DNA of 36,476 bases. It comes from Gemmatimonadales bacterium. Its GTDB lineage: Bacteria > Gemmatimonadota > Gemmatimonadetes > Gemmatimonadales > GWC2-71-9. Shown here in pieces: positions 1 to 7,877 of this stretch. Position 1 is the first letter of the stretch; the number at the start of each line of letters is the position of its first letter. The stretch is taken from NCBI GenBank assembly GCA_031388885.1, contig JANMSC010000087.1, forward strand, positions 1 to 36,476, given 5' to 3'. The notes under the pieces are model-generated. The model was given only the letters and a program-made list of their open reading frames with translations, made no database searches and was not told the DNA's origin. Position numbers and translations under genes: made by a program.

Positions 1-870
1 CTCGACCCCCGCGCGAAGCACCATCAGCGGGGTCTTGAGTTCGTGCGATGCATCTGCGGTGAAGCGCCGGAGCGCCGTGAATGACGTCTCGACGCGTGAC
101 AGCATCGCGTTGAGCGTCGCGGCAAGGCGCGCGAGTTCGTCGTCACCGGGGCTGGAGGCCAACCGTCGGTGCAGCGAACGACCGTCGGAGATCGCCTCGA
201 TCTCGTCGATCATGGCGTCCACCGGCTTGAGCGAATTGGCCGCCAGCCAATAGCCGAGGATGCTTGACGCGACGAGGATCAGCGGCGCGACGATCAGCAT
301 CGAGCGAAGCAGTTCGGTCGGGCCGTACAACAGTGGATCGGGTTGCGCCGCGACCAGGAGTCCGCTGATCTGCGGTCCGGCGCTCTCCACTCGGCGCACG
401 TGATACCGAAACGGCGGACCCACCCGGCTGAGCCGCACGAAGCCGGAGCGATTCTCGAGCGGACGCCGTTGCAGCAACTCGCGCATCTTCACGGCGCCCT
501 CGTACCCCAGCTCGGTCGCGCGTTCGGAGACGTAAATCTGCCGCCCGGCATTATCGGCGACGGTGAGGTAGTCGCGCAGTCCCATGCCGTCGAAATAGGC
601 CGCGACGTCGCTCACCAGGACGTAGCTGCTGTCGCGGTCAACGCCCAACGTGGGGATCGCCTGGACCACGGTCTGGAGCGATTTCGCCGATTCCTGGAGC
701 CATCGCCCGGCAAAATCGGCTTCGATCGTGAGCCGCTGATCGAGCCGCTGCTCCTGCTCCCGCACCGCCGCCTGACGGCGCTCCCAGTACAGTCCGGCAC
801 CAAAGACAATCAGCGTCGCGGTCATCGCGATGGTGTACCAGAGGGTGAGCCGGAGGCGGATCGAGCCCAT
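1..870 (-). CDS. Sensor histidine kinase, N-terminal part (continues past the left edge). CusS/CopS-like layout: TM, periplasmic loop, TM, HAMP, HisKA.
   Basis: Absent from the ORF track because it is open at the window edge. The reverse complement from the ATG at 870 reads MGSIRLRLTLWYTIAMTATLIVFGAGLYW... and reaches base 1 as ...RRFTADASHELKTPLMVLRAGVE (H-box). The start abuts the TAG stop (871-873) of the response regulator. Confidence 0.8.
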   Translation of the reverse strand, partial: MGSIRLRLTLWYTIAMTATLIVFGAGLYWERRQAAVREQEQRLDQRLTIEADFAGRWLQESAKSLQTVVQAIPTLGVDRDSSYVLVSDVAAYFDGMGLRDYLTVADNAGRQIYVSERATELGYEGAVKMRELLQRRPLENRSGFVRLSRVGPPFRYHVRRVESAGPQISGLLVAAQPDPLLYGPTELLRSMLIVAPLILVASSILGYWLAANSLKPVDAMIDEIEAISDGRSLHRRLASSPGDDELARLAATLNAMLSRVETSFTALRRFTADASHELKTPLMVLRAGVE

Positions 871-1539
871 CTAGCCCTTCACGACGTAGCCGACTCCGCG
901 CACCGTGTGGACCAGCTTCTGTGCGAAATCGGCATCGACCTTCTTGCGCAGCCGGTTGATCACGACGTCCACGATGTTGGTGCCCGGGTCGAAGTGATAG
1001 TCCCACGCATACTCGGTGATCAGGGTGCGCGACATCACCCGACCGGCGTGCCGCATCAGGTACTCGAGCACAGCGTATTCCTTTGGCGTCAACTCGATCG
1101 GCGACCCGGCGCGGTGAACTTCCCGGGCATCGAGGTCGAGCTCGAGGTCGGCCACGCGGAGGGTGCGTGCCGTGAGCTGCCGCGGCCGGCGCGACAGCGC
1201 CTCGACTCGCGCAAGCAACTCGTCGAACGCGAACGGCTTGGTGACGTAGTCGTCGGCGCCAGACCGCAGCGCGTCGACCTTGAACTCGACCCCGTCCTGC
1301 GCGGTGAGCACCAGAATCGGCATGGTCAGGCCACGATCGCGCAGTGTGCGCAACACCTCGAAGCCGTTCATCCCTGGCAGGCGCAGGTCGAGGATCACGA
1401 CGTCGTAGTGTCCCGCCGACGCGAGTCGCAGGGCTTCCGTCCCGTCGCTGACCCAGTCGGCGATGTACTGCTGTTCCTCCAGCCCGCGCTTGACGTACTG
1501 ACCGACGGTGCGATCATCCTCGACGACGAGCAGCTTCAC
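871..1539 (-). CDS. OmpR/PhoB-family response regulator, CusR/CopR-like
   Basis: (GTG)KLLVVEDD...DVVILDLRLPGMNG...ADDYVTKPFAFDELLARV receiver domain, followed by a winged-helix ...LTPKEYAVLEYL...VHTVRGVGYVV. The GTG start overlaps the TGA of the upstream kinase (GTGA). Confidence 0.92.
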   Translation of the reverse strand: MKLLVVEDDRTVGQYVKRGLEEQQYIADWVSDGTEALRLASAGHYDVVILDLRLPGMNGFEVLRTLRDRGLTMPILVLTAQDGVEFKVDALRSGADDYVTKPFAFDELLARVEALSRRPRQLTARTLRVADLELDLDAREVHRAGSPIELTPKEYAVLEYLMRHAGRVMSRTLITEYAWDYHFDPGTNIVDVVINRLRKKVDADFAQKLVHTVRGVGYVVKG

Positions 1540-2984
1540 GATGCCTCCTCACGCGCGATCGGCAGCGCCATACGGAAGGTCGATCCGCGACCGGGCTCAC
1601 TGCGCACATCGAGGCGGCCGTGGTGGTCGGCCACGATGCCGTAGCAGATCGCGAGGCCGAGACCGGTACCACGGGTGGGTCCCTTGGTGGTGTAGAACGG
1701 CTCGAAGATCTTCGATAGCACGTCGGGCGGAATGCCTGGCCCGTCGTCGGACAACTCCGTGACCGCGAAGGTCCCTTCGGTTCGAGTCGTGACCGTCACC
1801 GTACCGTGGCCGTTGGTCGCGTCAGCCGAATTGAGCAGTATCGCCATTGCTGCCTGGATGAGCCGCTCACCGTTGCCCCGAACGGGCGGGAGATCCGGGG
1901 CCAGGTCGCGCACCACGTTGAGTCGGCGAAATCGCTGGTGATGCTTGAGGAGGTAGAGCGTGCGCTCGAGCAGCGCATTGAGGTCGCACGATTCAAAGGC
2001 GCCGCCCGTGCGGCCGGCCCGCGAAAAATCAAGCAAACCGTCCACGATGTTGGTGCAACGCCCGACTTCACTCTCGATGATATCGAGGTATTCGCGAACC
2101 ACCGGTTCGGCGGAGTCTCCGAGGCGCGAGGAGATGGCCGCTACGCATGCAGCAATCGTCGCCAGCGGATTGTTGATCTCGTGCATGACCCCCGCCGCGA
2201 GTTGCCCGACGGCCGCGAGTTTTTCGGTCTGGTGCATCGCCCGCTGGATCGCGCGGGTTTCCGTGACGTCCTCGCCGATCGTGATGACATGCGTGATGTT
2301 CTCGCCATCGAGGCGCATGGGGAGGCGTGAGGTGTGGTAGGTGCGGGGCTCCCCGCCGGCGTGAACCTCCTGCTCACCTTCGTGCACGTCGCCGGTGTCG
2401 AACACATGATCGAACTCGGCACGAAGCGCCGCGATCGGCTGGCGATGCAGCACCTCGAACGCCGGTCGGCCAAGCACTACGTCTCGTCGGAGCCCCTGCG
2501 TGCCGGTTTCCCGCTTGCGGTTCCAGAGCACGATCCGGTACTGGCGATCGACGACATACAGCCCCACCGGCAACGAATCGATGGTGAGTCGCGACAGCCG
2601 CCGTTCGAGTGCGGCTTCGTCGTCGCCGCCGTCATCGAGTACCGGCAACACCGTGGCCAGCAGGGTGGCCGCGGTGTCGAGTATCGGGCGGAGTTCCGCC
2701 GGTGGGCGCGACGAACCGACCACCTCGAGCACGGCGTCGCGTCCCTCGTGCCACGGAACGCGCACGGCGAATAGCACATCGTCACTGATCGCGTCACCGC
2801 CGGCGGCTTGGTTACCCGCCCCGGTGCCCGCCCGCAGCCGGACCTCTCGCGCGGGCAAGGCGCCCCGCAGATAGTCGCAGAGGCGTCGCAACCGTTCGGC
2901 TGGTGGTTCGGCGGCCGCCAGCGCCCGCGCAACACCCGTGACCACGGCAAGCGGCGGTGGGAACTGACGCACGTTGTCGGTCAC
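1536..2984 (-). CDS. PAS-domain sensor histidine kinase (cytoplasmic type)
   Basis: PAS-like segment (LPVGLYVVDRQYRIVLWNRKRE...), H-box HEINNPLATI, and N/G boxes (ILLNSADA..., DDGPGIP, GTGLGLAICYGIV). I prefer the GTG start at 2984 because it forms a GTGA overlap with the stop of the upstream lipoprotein gene. The track ATG at 3035 would overlap that gene by 55 nt. Confidence 0.85.
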   Translation of the reverse strand: MTDNVRQFPPPLAVVTGVARALAAAEPPAERLRRLCDYLRGALPAREVRLRAGTGAGNQAAGGDAISDDVLFAVRVPWHEGRDAVLEVVGSSRPPAELRPILDTAATLLATVLPVLDDGGDDEAALERRLSRLTIDSLPVGLYVVDRQYRIVLWNRKRETGTQGLRRDVVLGRPAFEVLHRQPIAALRAEFDHVFDTGDVHEGEQEVHAGGEPRTYHTSRLPMRLDGENITHVITIGEDVTETRAIQRAMHQTEKLAAVGQLAAGVMHEINNPLATIAACVAAISSRLGDSAEPVVREYLDIIESEVGRCTNIVDGLLDFSRAGRTGGAFESCDLNALLERTLYLLKHHQRFRRLNVVRDLAPDLPPVRGNGERLIQAAMAILLNSADATNGHGTVTVTTRTEGTFAVTELSDDGPGIPPDVLSKIFEPFYTTKGPTRGTGLGLAICYGIVADHHGRLDVRSEPGRGSTFRMALPIAREEAS

Positions 2985-3460
2985 GGCATCTCTCGCATCC
3001 GCCAGGGGCCGAAGATCACGTGGGCCACCCGCCATTGGTCGCCGACCCGCGCGAGGGTGAGGAAATCCGTCGCCTCGATCTCGCCCAGCCCGTCCGGGGT
3101 GCGCGACGCAATCATGACCCGCGCCGAAGCCACGACACCGTCGGGACGCAATTCGGTGCGCACGATGCGCGGTGCCGGCGCGGTCGTCCGCCGATCGGGA
3201 ACGCCGAGCACCGAACGGATTGGAACCAACGCTGAAGGGTTACGCCCACCGGCGACCAACGCGGTTGCGCCTCCATACGTCGTGCGCGACAGCGCCGCTG
3301 TGTCCCGCAGCGCCAGGGCCGCGTAAAAGCCGTCAGCCAACGCCTGCACGGACGTATCGTCTCGACGCGCGCCGCCCAGGGTCCGGTCCTCGAATCGGCA
3401 GCCTGGCAAGGCCATCGCCACGACGACGAACCATCCGTGACCGACGGCGCCCCACTTCAT
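2981..3460 (-). CDS. Putative lipoprotein, possibly NTF2/SnoaL-like fold (DUF4440-like)
   Basis: MKWGAVGHGWFVVVAMALPGC lipobox-like N-terminus. GC3-rich frame. C-terminal ...GEIEATDFLTLARVGDQWRVAHVIF resembles NTF2-like domain ends. The fold assignment is tentative. Confidence 0.55.
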   Translation of the reverse strand: MKWGAVGHGWFVVVAMALPGCRFEDRTLGGARRDDTSVQALADGFYAALALRDTAALSRTTYGGATALVAGGRNPSALVPIRSVLGVPDRRTTAPAPRIVRTELRPDGVVASARVMIASRTPDGLGEIEATDFLTLARVGDQWRVAHVIFGPWRMREMP

Positions 3461-3558
3461 GCAAGCGCCCTGATCTGATCGAACAGGTCGGTCTGCTCAC
3501 CGCTGGTCGACGGCAGGGTAAAGTCAGGCGCCGGCATGCCGACGGCGGGAACCGGCAT
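3457..3558 (-). pseudogene. 33-codon mini-ORF resembling only the N-terminus of a peroxiredoxin (AhpC/TSA/Bcp). Either a gene remnant or a coupled leader peptide.
   Basis: [33 protein letters not shown] matches the Bcp/Prx opening (APxFxLPxxxGExxxLxD) but stops before the PxxxTxxC active site. Its ATG shares one base with the sodA TGA (3558), and its TGA overlaps the next ATG (ATGA at 3457-3460). Confidence 0.4.
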
Positions 3559-4169
3559 CAACGGACTGCGGCAAAACGGTCGCCGACAGCGGTCCAGTTG
3601 ACCACGTTCCACCACGCGCTGACATAGTCGGGACGCCGATTCTGGTACTTGAGGTAGTATGCGTGCTCCCACACATCGCAGCCGAGGAGCGGCGTCCGCC
3701 CTTCCATGATGGGCGAGTCCTGGTTGGGCGTGCTTTCGATCTGCAAGGCGCCATCGGAACTGATCGAGAACCAGGCCCAGCCCGAACCGAAGCGCGTGGT
3801 GCATGCCTTGCCGAACTTCTCCTTGAAGCTGTCAAACGAACCAAAGCTGGTGTCCATCGCGATCGCGAGGTGGGCTTCCGGTCGCGTCGCGCCGCCCGGG
3901 GCCATGAGCTCCCAGAACAGCGTGTGGTTGGCATGGCCACCACCATTGTTGCGCACCGCAGCGCGTTTCGCCTCGGGCACCTTCGAGAGATCAGCGATCA
4001 ACGCGTCGACCGGCAGCGACAGGAGGTCGTCCTGTCCTTCCAGCGCGGCATTGAGGTTGTTGACGTAGGCAGCATGATGCTTGTCGTGATGGATTCGCAT
4101 CGTCTGTTCGTCGACGTGCGGTTCAAGGGCGCCGTAGTCGTACGGCAGCGGCAGCAGGGTGTAGGCCAT
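3558..4169 (-). CDS. sodA: Superoxide dismutase, Fe/Mn family (Mn-type signature)
   Basis: [40 protein letters not shown]...[12 protein letters not shown]...[18 protein letters not shown]. The ATG at 4169 is preceded by GGAG. The track start at 4184 adds an atypical MPECT extension. Confidence 0.95.
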   Translation of the reverse strand: MAYTLLPLPYDYGALEPHVDEQTMRIHHDKHHAAYVNNLNAALEGQDDLLSLPVDALIADLSKVPEAKRAAVRNNGGGHANHTLFWELMAPGGATRPEAHLAIAMDTSFGSFDSFKEKFGKACTTRFGSGWAWFSISSDGALQIESTPNQDSPIMEGRTPLLGCDVWEHAYYLKYQNRRPDYVSAWWNVVNWTAVGDRFAAVR

Positions 4170-4217
4170 GGTGCACTCCGGCAAGGGGAAGGGGGCACGC
4201 GCAAGATGGACGACCTT

Positions 4218-5426
4218 TCAGGACGAGGCAACGGCCCCCAGGCGTGTGTGCCACACCGTGGCGAGGCCGAACGTGAGCACGACCCCCCAGACGACCTCGT
4301 CACGCAGCACGACCGCCACGACGATGGCGGCACCGACGGCGGCACACGCGGCCAACCCCCGCGCGATACGCGGCACGGGCGGTGCCGCGCGCACCAAGGC
4401 ATCGGCAGCAGCGGTCGCCGCGGTCATGACCGCGGCCGCCACGGCGAGCGATCCAGGTCGCGCTGCGGCAACGACGGTGAGCGCAGCGGCGACGGCCACC
4501 GGCTGCCCCCGTACCATGCCCACGAGGGCTGCGACGACGAGCACCGCGGTGAGCGCCGGAAGCCAGTAGGCCACACCATCGGACGCGACGAGGCGGGCCG
4601 CAACGGCGAGCGATGCGGCGGCGAGCAACACGAGGGGTGATCGGACGAATCGATGCAGCGGCCACGGGCCGGCAAGCAGCACGATCGCACTGAGCGCGAT
4701 GGCCGCGAGCCAGATGCCGGCCGCGGGCGACACTGGTGCGCGGTTGCCGAAGTGCCGTGCCGCAGCGATGGGACTGCCGGCAACGGTGAGCGCGAGCCAG
4801 CACCACCCAAGCAGCAGCGCGCCGAACAGCACCGGAAGCCACGGGCGGCGCGGTACATTGTTGGCGCCACGGTGCATCCGCCACGCGGTCCACGACACGA
4901 CACATGCGCCGGTCGCGATCAGCGCGAGCGGCCCACGACTGGCAACAAGCAACGTTCCGGCGGCGAGGAACCCGATGTCTCGCGTGGTATACCGCACGTC
5001 CGTCACCTCGACATGGCGCACTGGCAACACCCGGCGGAGCACGCGACCAGCACCGATCGGGAGGAGTGCCACCAGCATGCCTGCCGCGACAGCCGGGAGC
5101 TGCGTCGGCGTCGTCGCGATCAGCAGCCCACACACCAGCGGCCCCGCTGCCGCAGCGTGCCACCACCGGACGAGGCCGCGATGTGGAATCGCGCCGACGC
5201 CGGTGACCAGGAGGCCCGCAGTGAACGCGATGAACCGGGCGTCATTGGGCACCACCCCGAGCGCTCGAAGCTCGAGCGGATCGAGGGTCGCCATGCCCTG
5301 CCACAGCGCGCCGAGCCCGAGCCCGGCAAAGACAAGCGCTGCCGACACCTCGCCCAGGCGCTCAGGCCTCGCGGTCCATGCCCGCAGCATGATCGGCAGC
5401 GCCAGCCAGAGCAGCAACCCGGTCAT
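4218..5426 (-). CDS. Polytopic integral membrane protein, unknown function
   Basis: About 400 aa, almost entirely A/L/V/G-rich hydrophobic segments (roughly 10-12 predicted TM helices). The start is taken at MTGLLLWLALPIML (ATG at 5426). The upstream part of the ORF is Arg/Gly-rich and does not look coding. Confidence 0.6.
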   Translation of the reverse strand: MTGLLLWLALPIMLRAWTARPERLGEVSAALVFAGLGLGALWQGMATLDPLELRALGVVPNDARFIAFTAGLLVTGVGAIPHRGLVRWWHAAAAGPLVCGLLIATTPTQLPAVAAGMLVALLPIGAGRVLRRVLPVRHVEVTDVRYTTRDIGFLAAGTLLVASRGPLALIATGACVVSWTAWRMHRGANNVPRRPWLPVLFGALLLGWCWLALTVAGSPIAAARHFGNRAPVSPAAGIWLAAIALSAIVLLAGPWPLHRFVRSPLVLLAAASLAVAARLVASDGVAYWLPALTAVLVVAALVGMVRGQPVAVAAALTVVAAARPGSLAVAAAVMTAATAAADALVRAAPPVPRIARGLAACAAVGAAIVVAVVLRDEVVWGVVLTFGLATVWHTRLGAVASS

Positions 5427-5512
5427 GCGCGACCCTTGTCGATGCCGTTGGTCGCGCCGATACTCGGAGTCAGATGTCGCTCCCACTCCGCCGTGAGGCA
5501 CCCAGCCACAAG

Positions 5513-6025
5513 ATGGCGCTCTCCCTCCGATTCGCGATGACCACCCCCGGCCGGTCGGTCGTGGCGCTTGAAGCGGACGACCTCCGCGTCGCGATGCAGG
5601 CAACCGATGCCACCGATGCACTCGGTGATCTCGCCCGCGCCGTGATCACGCTGCTCGAAGGCGAGGAACACGCATCGGTTGTCGTGGAGGATGCACCAGG
5701 TGTACACGAATGGAGTCTCGAACGCGCCGGTGACGTGGTGAACCTCAGGATTCACAGTTGGGCCGATCGCAGTTCGGGGAGCGCCGACCTGGTATTCTCG
5801 CAGGAGCGGACCGTGTCGCTCGCGTGCCCGCTTTCGGCACTTGCACGCGAACTCGTGCTGGTCCTCGATGTGCTCTGGGTCGGCCACGGACCCGACGGCT
5901 GGGCTCGGCTCTCGCCGAAGTACCCGTACCCCGCCACCGAGCGCCGGCGGCTGCGCCAGCTCTTCGCCGTCAAGGCACGACGCGACGCCGAACAACGCGC
6001 GAGCATCGAACCGCTCGACACCTGA
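5513..6025 (+). CDS. Hypothetical protein
   Basis: GC3-rich frame with balanced composition (MALSLRFAMTTPGRSVVALEADDLRVAMQ...). No recognisable motif. The start is uncertain (5474 or 5513). Confidence 0.5.
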   Translation: MALSLRFAMTTPGRSVVALEADDLRVAMQATDATDALGDLARAVITLLEGEEHASVVVEDAPGVHEWSLERAGDVVNLRIHSWADRSSGSADLVFSQERTVSLACPLSALARELVLVLDVLWVGHGPDGWARLSPKYPYPATERRRLRQLFAVKARRDAEQRASIEPLDT

Positions 6026-6042
6026 GGACGGCCGACGGCGAG

Positions 6043-6327
6043 TCAGCCGCCCAGTAGTCGACGTTCGATGTCGGTCGCGCTCACGCCCGTGACGTCCAGC
6101 GTCTTGCGACGCGATACGTGTCCCCGCACCAGCGTGACATCGCTCGATGCAACACCGCACTTTGTGGCAATGAACACAACCAGCGCCTCGTTCGCCCTCC
6201 CGTCCACGGGCGGAGCGGCGAGGCGCACCTTGATGGCGTCGCCGTGTCTGCCGACGATGTTGCTTCGGGACGCGCCCGGCTGCACGTACACCGTCAGGCG
6301 CACGCCGCCGGGAGTGGCAGCAATCAC
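6043..6327 (-). CDS. DUF167 (YggU) family protein
   Basis: GGVRLTVYVQPGASRSNIVGRHGDAIKVRLAAPPVDGRANEALVVFIA... is the typical YggU pattern. A 4-nt overlap joins it to the upstream gene. Confidence 0.85.
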   Translation of the reverse strand: MIAATPGGVRLTVYVQPGASRSNIVGRHGDAIKVRLAAPPVDGRANEALVVFIATKCGVASSDVTLVRGHVSRRKTLDVTGVSATDIERRLLGG

Positions 6328-7721
6328 GGAAACGTCGAGTCGCGCGCCGCACTGTCGCGCTGCGTCGTCGTCGACCCGCCGTCGAGGGCTTCTCGGCGGG
6401 AGCGTTCCATTGCCGCTTCCGCAACGATGGCGTCGATCGCCTCCTGATTCACGGTAACCTTGGCGCGCGAGCGAAGGATTGCGGCCAGCGCGCCCGGTGG
6501 TGGCCGATAGGCCAGCTTGCCGCCGGCGACCGTGTCAATCACAGCCGCTGTCGCGGCTCCGATTGGGCGCCCGCCGCCGATCGCCTGCCATGCGGCAACG
6601 AGCTCGTTGAGCGACGAGCGATACTGCGGTGCAAGCGCGGCGCGTGCAGCGGGAGTCGGGACACCCGCGGGGGCGAGCTGCCCCATGATCACTTCCTGTC
6701 GGGCAATGTTGGTGAGCAGCGTCGTGATCGCCGAATCAGCAACACCGGCGAGGTTGACCCGGTCGCGCGGCGGGACGACGGCAAGCCACAGTCGCGCCAC
6801 CGCGGGTGACAGGCCCCCGCCCTTCCACGTCACCAGCGGTCCATCGCCGCCTGTGTCCTGCATCGGATCCGTCGCGAGTGCACGGAAGCGCTCAACTCCA
6901 TCCTCCGTGACCTTGATGTCGTTCATCCAGCGCACGCTGTCGAGATACGCCTCGTGCGCGTACGCGGCGAGCCGGGGCGCCACCCAAGCCTTGAGCCCCG
7001 GGCGCGACTGTGCCATCGTGGCGCGCCTGAAGATGTGAGCACCGCGGGGCGATGGCGTGAGGTTGCTGACCTCGTTGGGAGCGAGATTCCACGTCACGCG
7101 CGCGATCGAGGGCGGCAGGTCGCTCCACTCGACGCCTGGGAGGTACCCGCCGCCGTCCTTGAAGACCGTATCCTCGGAATAGGCAGCGACCAGCGAGTCG
7201 AACCCCACGCCGGAGCGGGCACGATCGAGCGTCGACATCGCGAACTTGAGCTTGGTGCGCATGGCGAGGCTGGTGTCGCGCACGTCACCTGCGAAGAGCA
7301 CCTGCTGAAAGACGCGAACCCAACCCAGATCGAAAACCGAGTCAGCCTGCGCGTCGGTGGGCGCGGGTCGCCCTTTGTACCGCTCGGTCGCAAACTCGGC
7401 CAGGATCCCGCGGCTTGCGTCGGGATAAAGTGCCTGGTCGACGATCGCCGAATCGCCGAGGTCAATCCCCTGGCCGACCGCATGCTGCAGCAGCGCGACG
7501 TCAATCCACGCGGAGACGACCAGGGCGGCCGCCGTACGGCTTGGTGGCTCGGCAATCTTCAGCAGGTACCGCTCAAGCATTTCTCCGGTGAGCTGGGCGC
7601 CTTCGGCATCCACGATTACCGCCTTGCGGGCGTCGTCAAGCGACGTTCCACCGGCACACGCGGCGAGGCCGACGGTCAAGACCAACGCGACGACCTGGGA
7701 AAAATGCAGCGCACGCGGCAT
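6324..7721 (-). CDS. Parvulin-type peptidyl-prolyl isomerase / SurA-like periplasmic chaperone lipoprotein
   Basis: MPRALHFSQVVALVLTVGLAAC lipobox. PpiC-like segment FDSLVAAYSEDTVFKDGGGYLPGVEWSDLPPSIARVTWNLAPNEVSNLTPSPRGAHIF. The ATG at 7721 was verified. Confidence 0.75.
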   Translation of the reverse strand: MPRALHFSQVVALVLTVGLAACAGGTSLDDARKAVIVDAEGAQLTGEMLERYLLKIAEPPSRTAAALVVSAWIDVALLQHAVGQGIDLGDSAIVDQALYPDASRGILAEFATERYKGRPAPTDAQADSVFDLGWVRVFQQVLFAGDVRDTSLAMRTKLKFAMSTLDRARSGVGFDSLVAAYSEDTVFKDGGGYLPGVEWSDLPPSIARVTWNLAPNEVSNLTPSPRGAHIFRRATMAQSRPGLKAWVAPRLAAYAHEAYLDSVRWMNDIKVTEDGVERFRALATDPMQDTGGDGPLVTWKGGGLSPAVARLWLAVVPPRDRVNLAGVADSAITTLLTNIARQEVIMGQLAPAGVPTPAARAALAPQYRSSLNELVAAWQAIGGGRPIGAATAAVIDTVAGGKLAYRPPPGALAAILRSRAKVTVNQEAIDAIVAEAAMERSRREALDGGSTTTQRDSAARDSTFP

Positions 7722-7825
7722 CCGATTCAGCATGACATGCTCGGGAAGGAGGTTCATGCGCGAAACTTGGGACCGAGGAGGGCAAAGAGGCAAGCGGCGT
7801 GCTCCACTTCGTCGCCTTCGGCGAC

Positions 7826-7850
7826 TTCGGTCGGGATGACACCGACCGAA
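7826..7850 (-). terminator. Hairpin downstream of the M28 peptidase gene (9-bp perfect stem, 7-nt loop), with no U-tract
   Basis: TTCGGTCGG-gatgaca-CCGACCGAA, 28 nt after the stop at 7878. A second small hairpin GTCGC-cttcg-GCGAC lies at 7811-7825. Confidence 0.35.
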
Positions 7851-7877
7851 CTTCTTGCGGCTCGCGCAACCATTCCG

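Noticed and set aside
343-1644. 433-aa plus-strand ORF
   Set aside because: It is antisense to the CusS-like kinase and the response regulator, both of which have unmistakable motifs. Its composition is Arg/Gly/Pro-rich.
3457-3804. 115-aa minus-strand ORF taken as a real gene
   Set aside because: Its first 80 codons overlap sodA out of frame. Only the last 33 codons, after the sodA stop, look meaningful.
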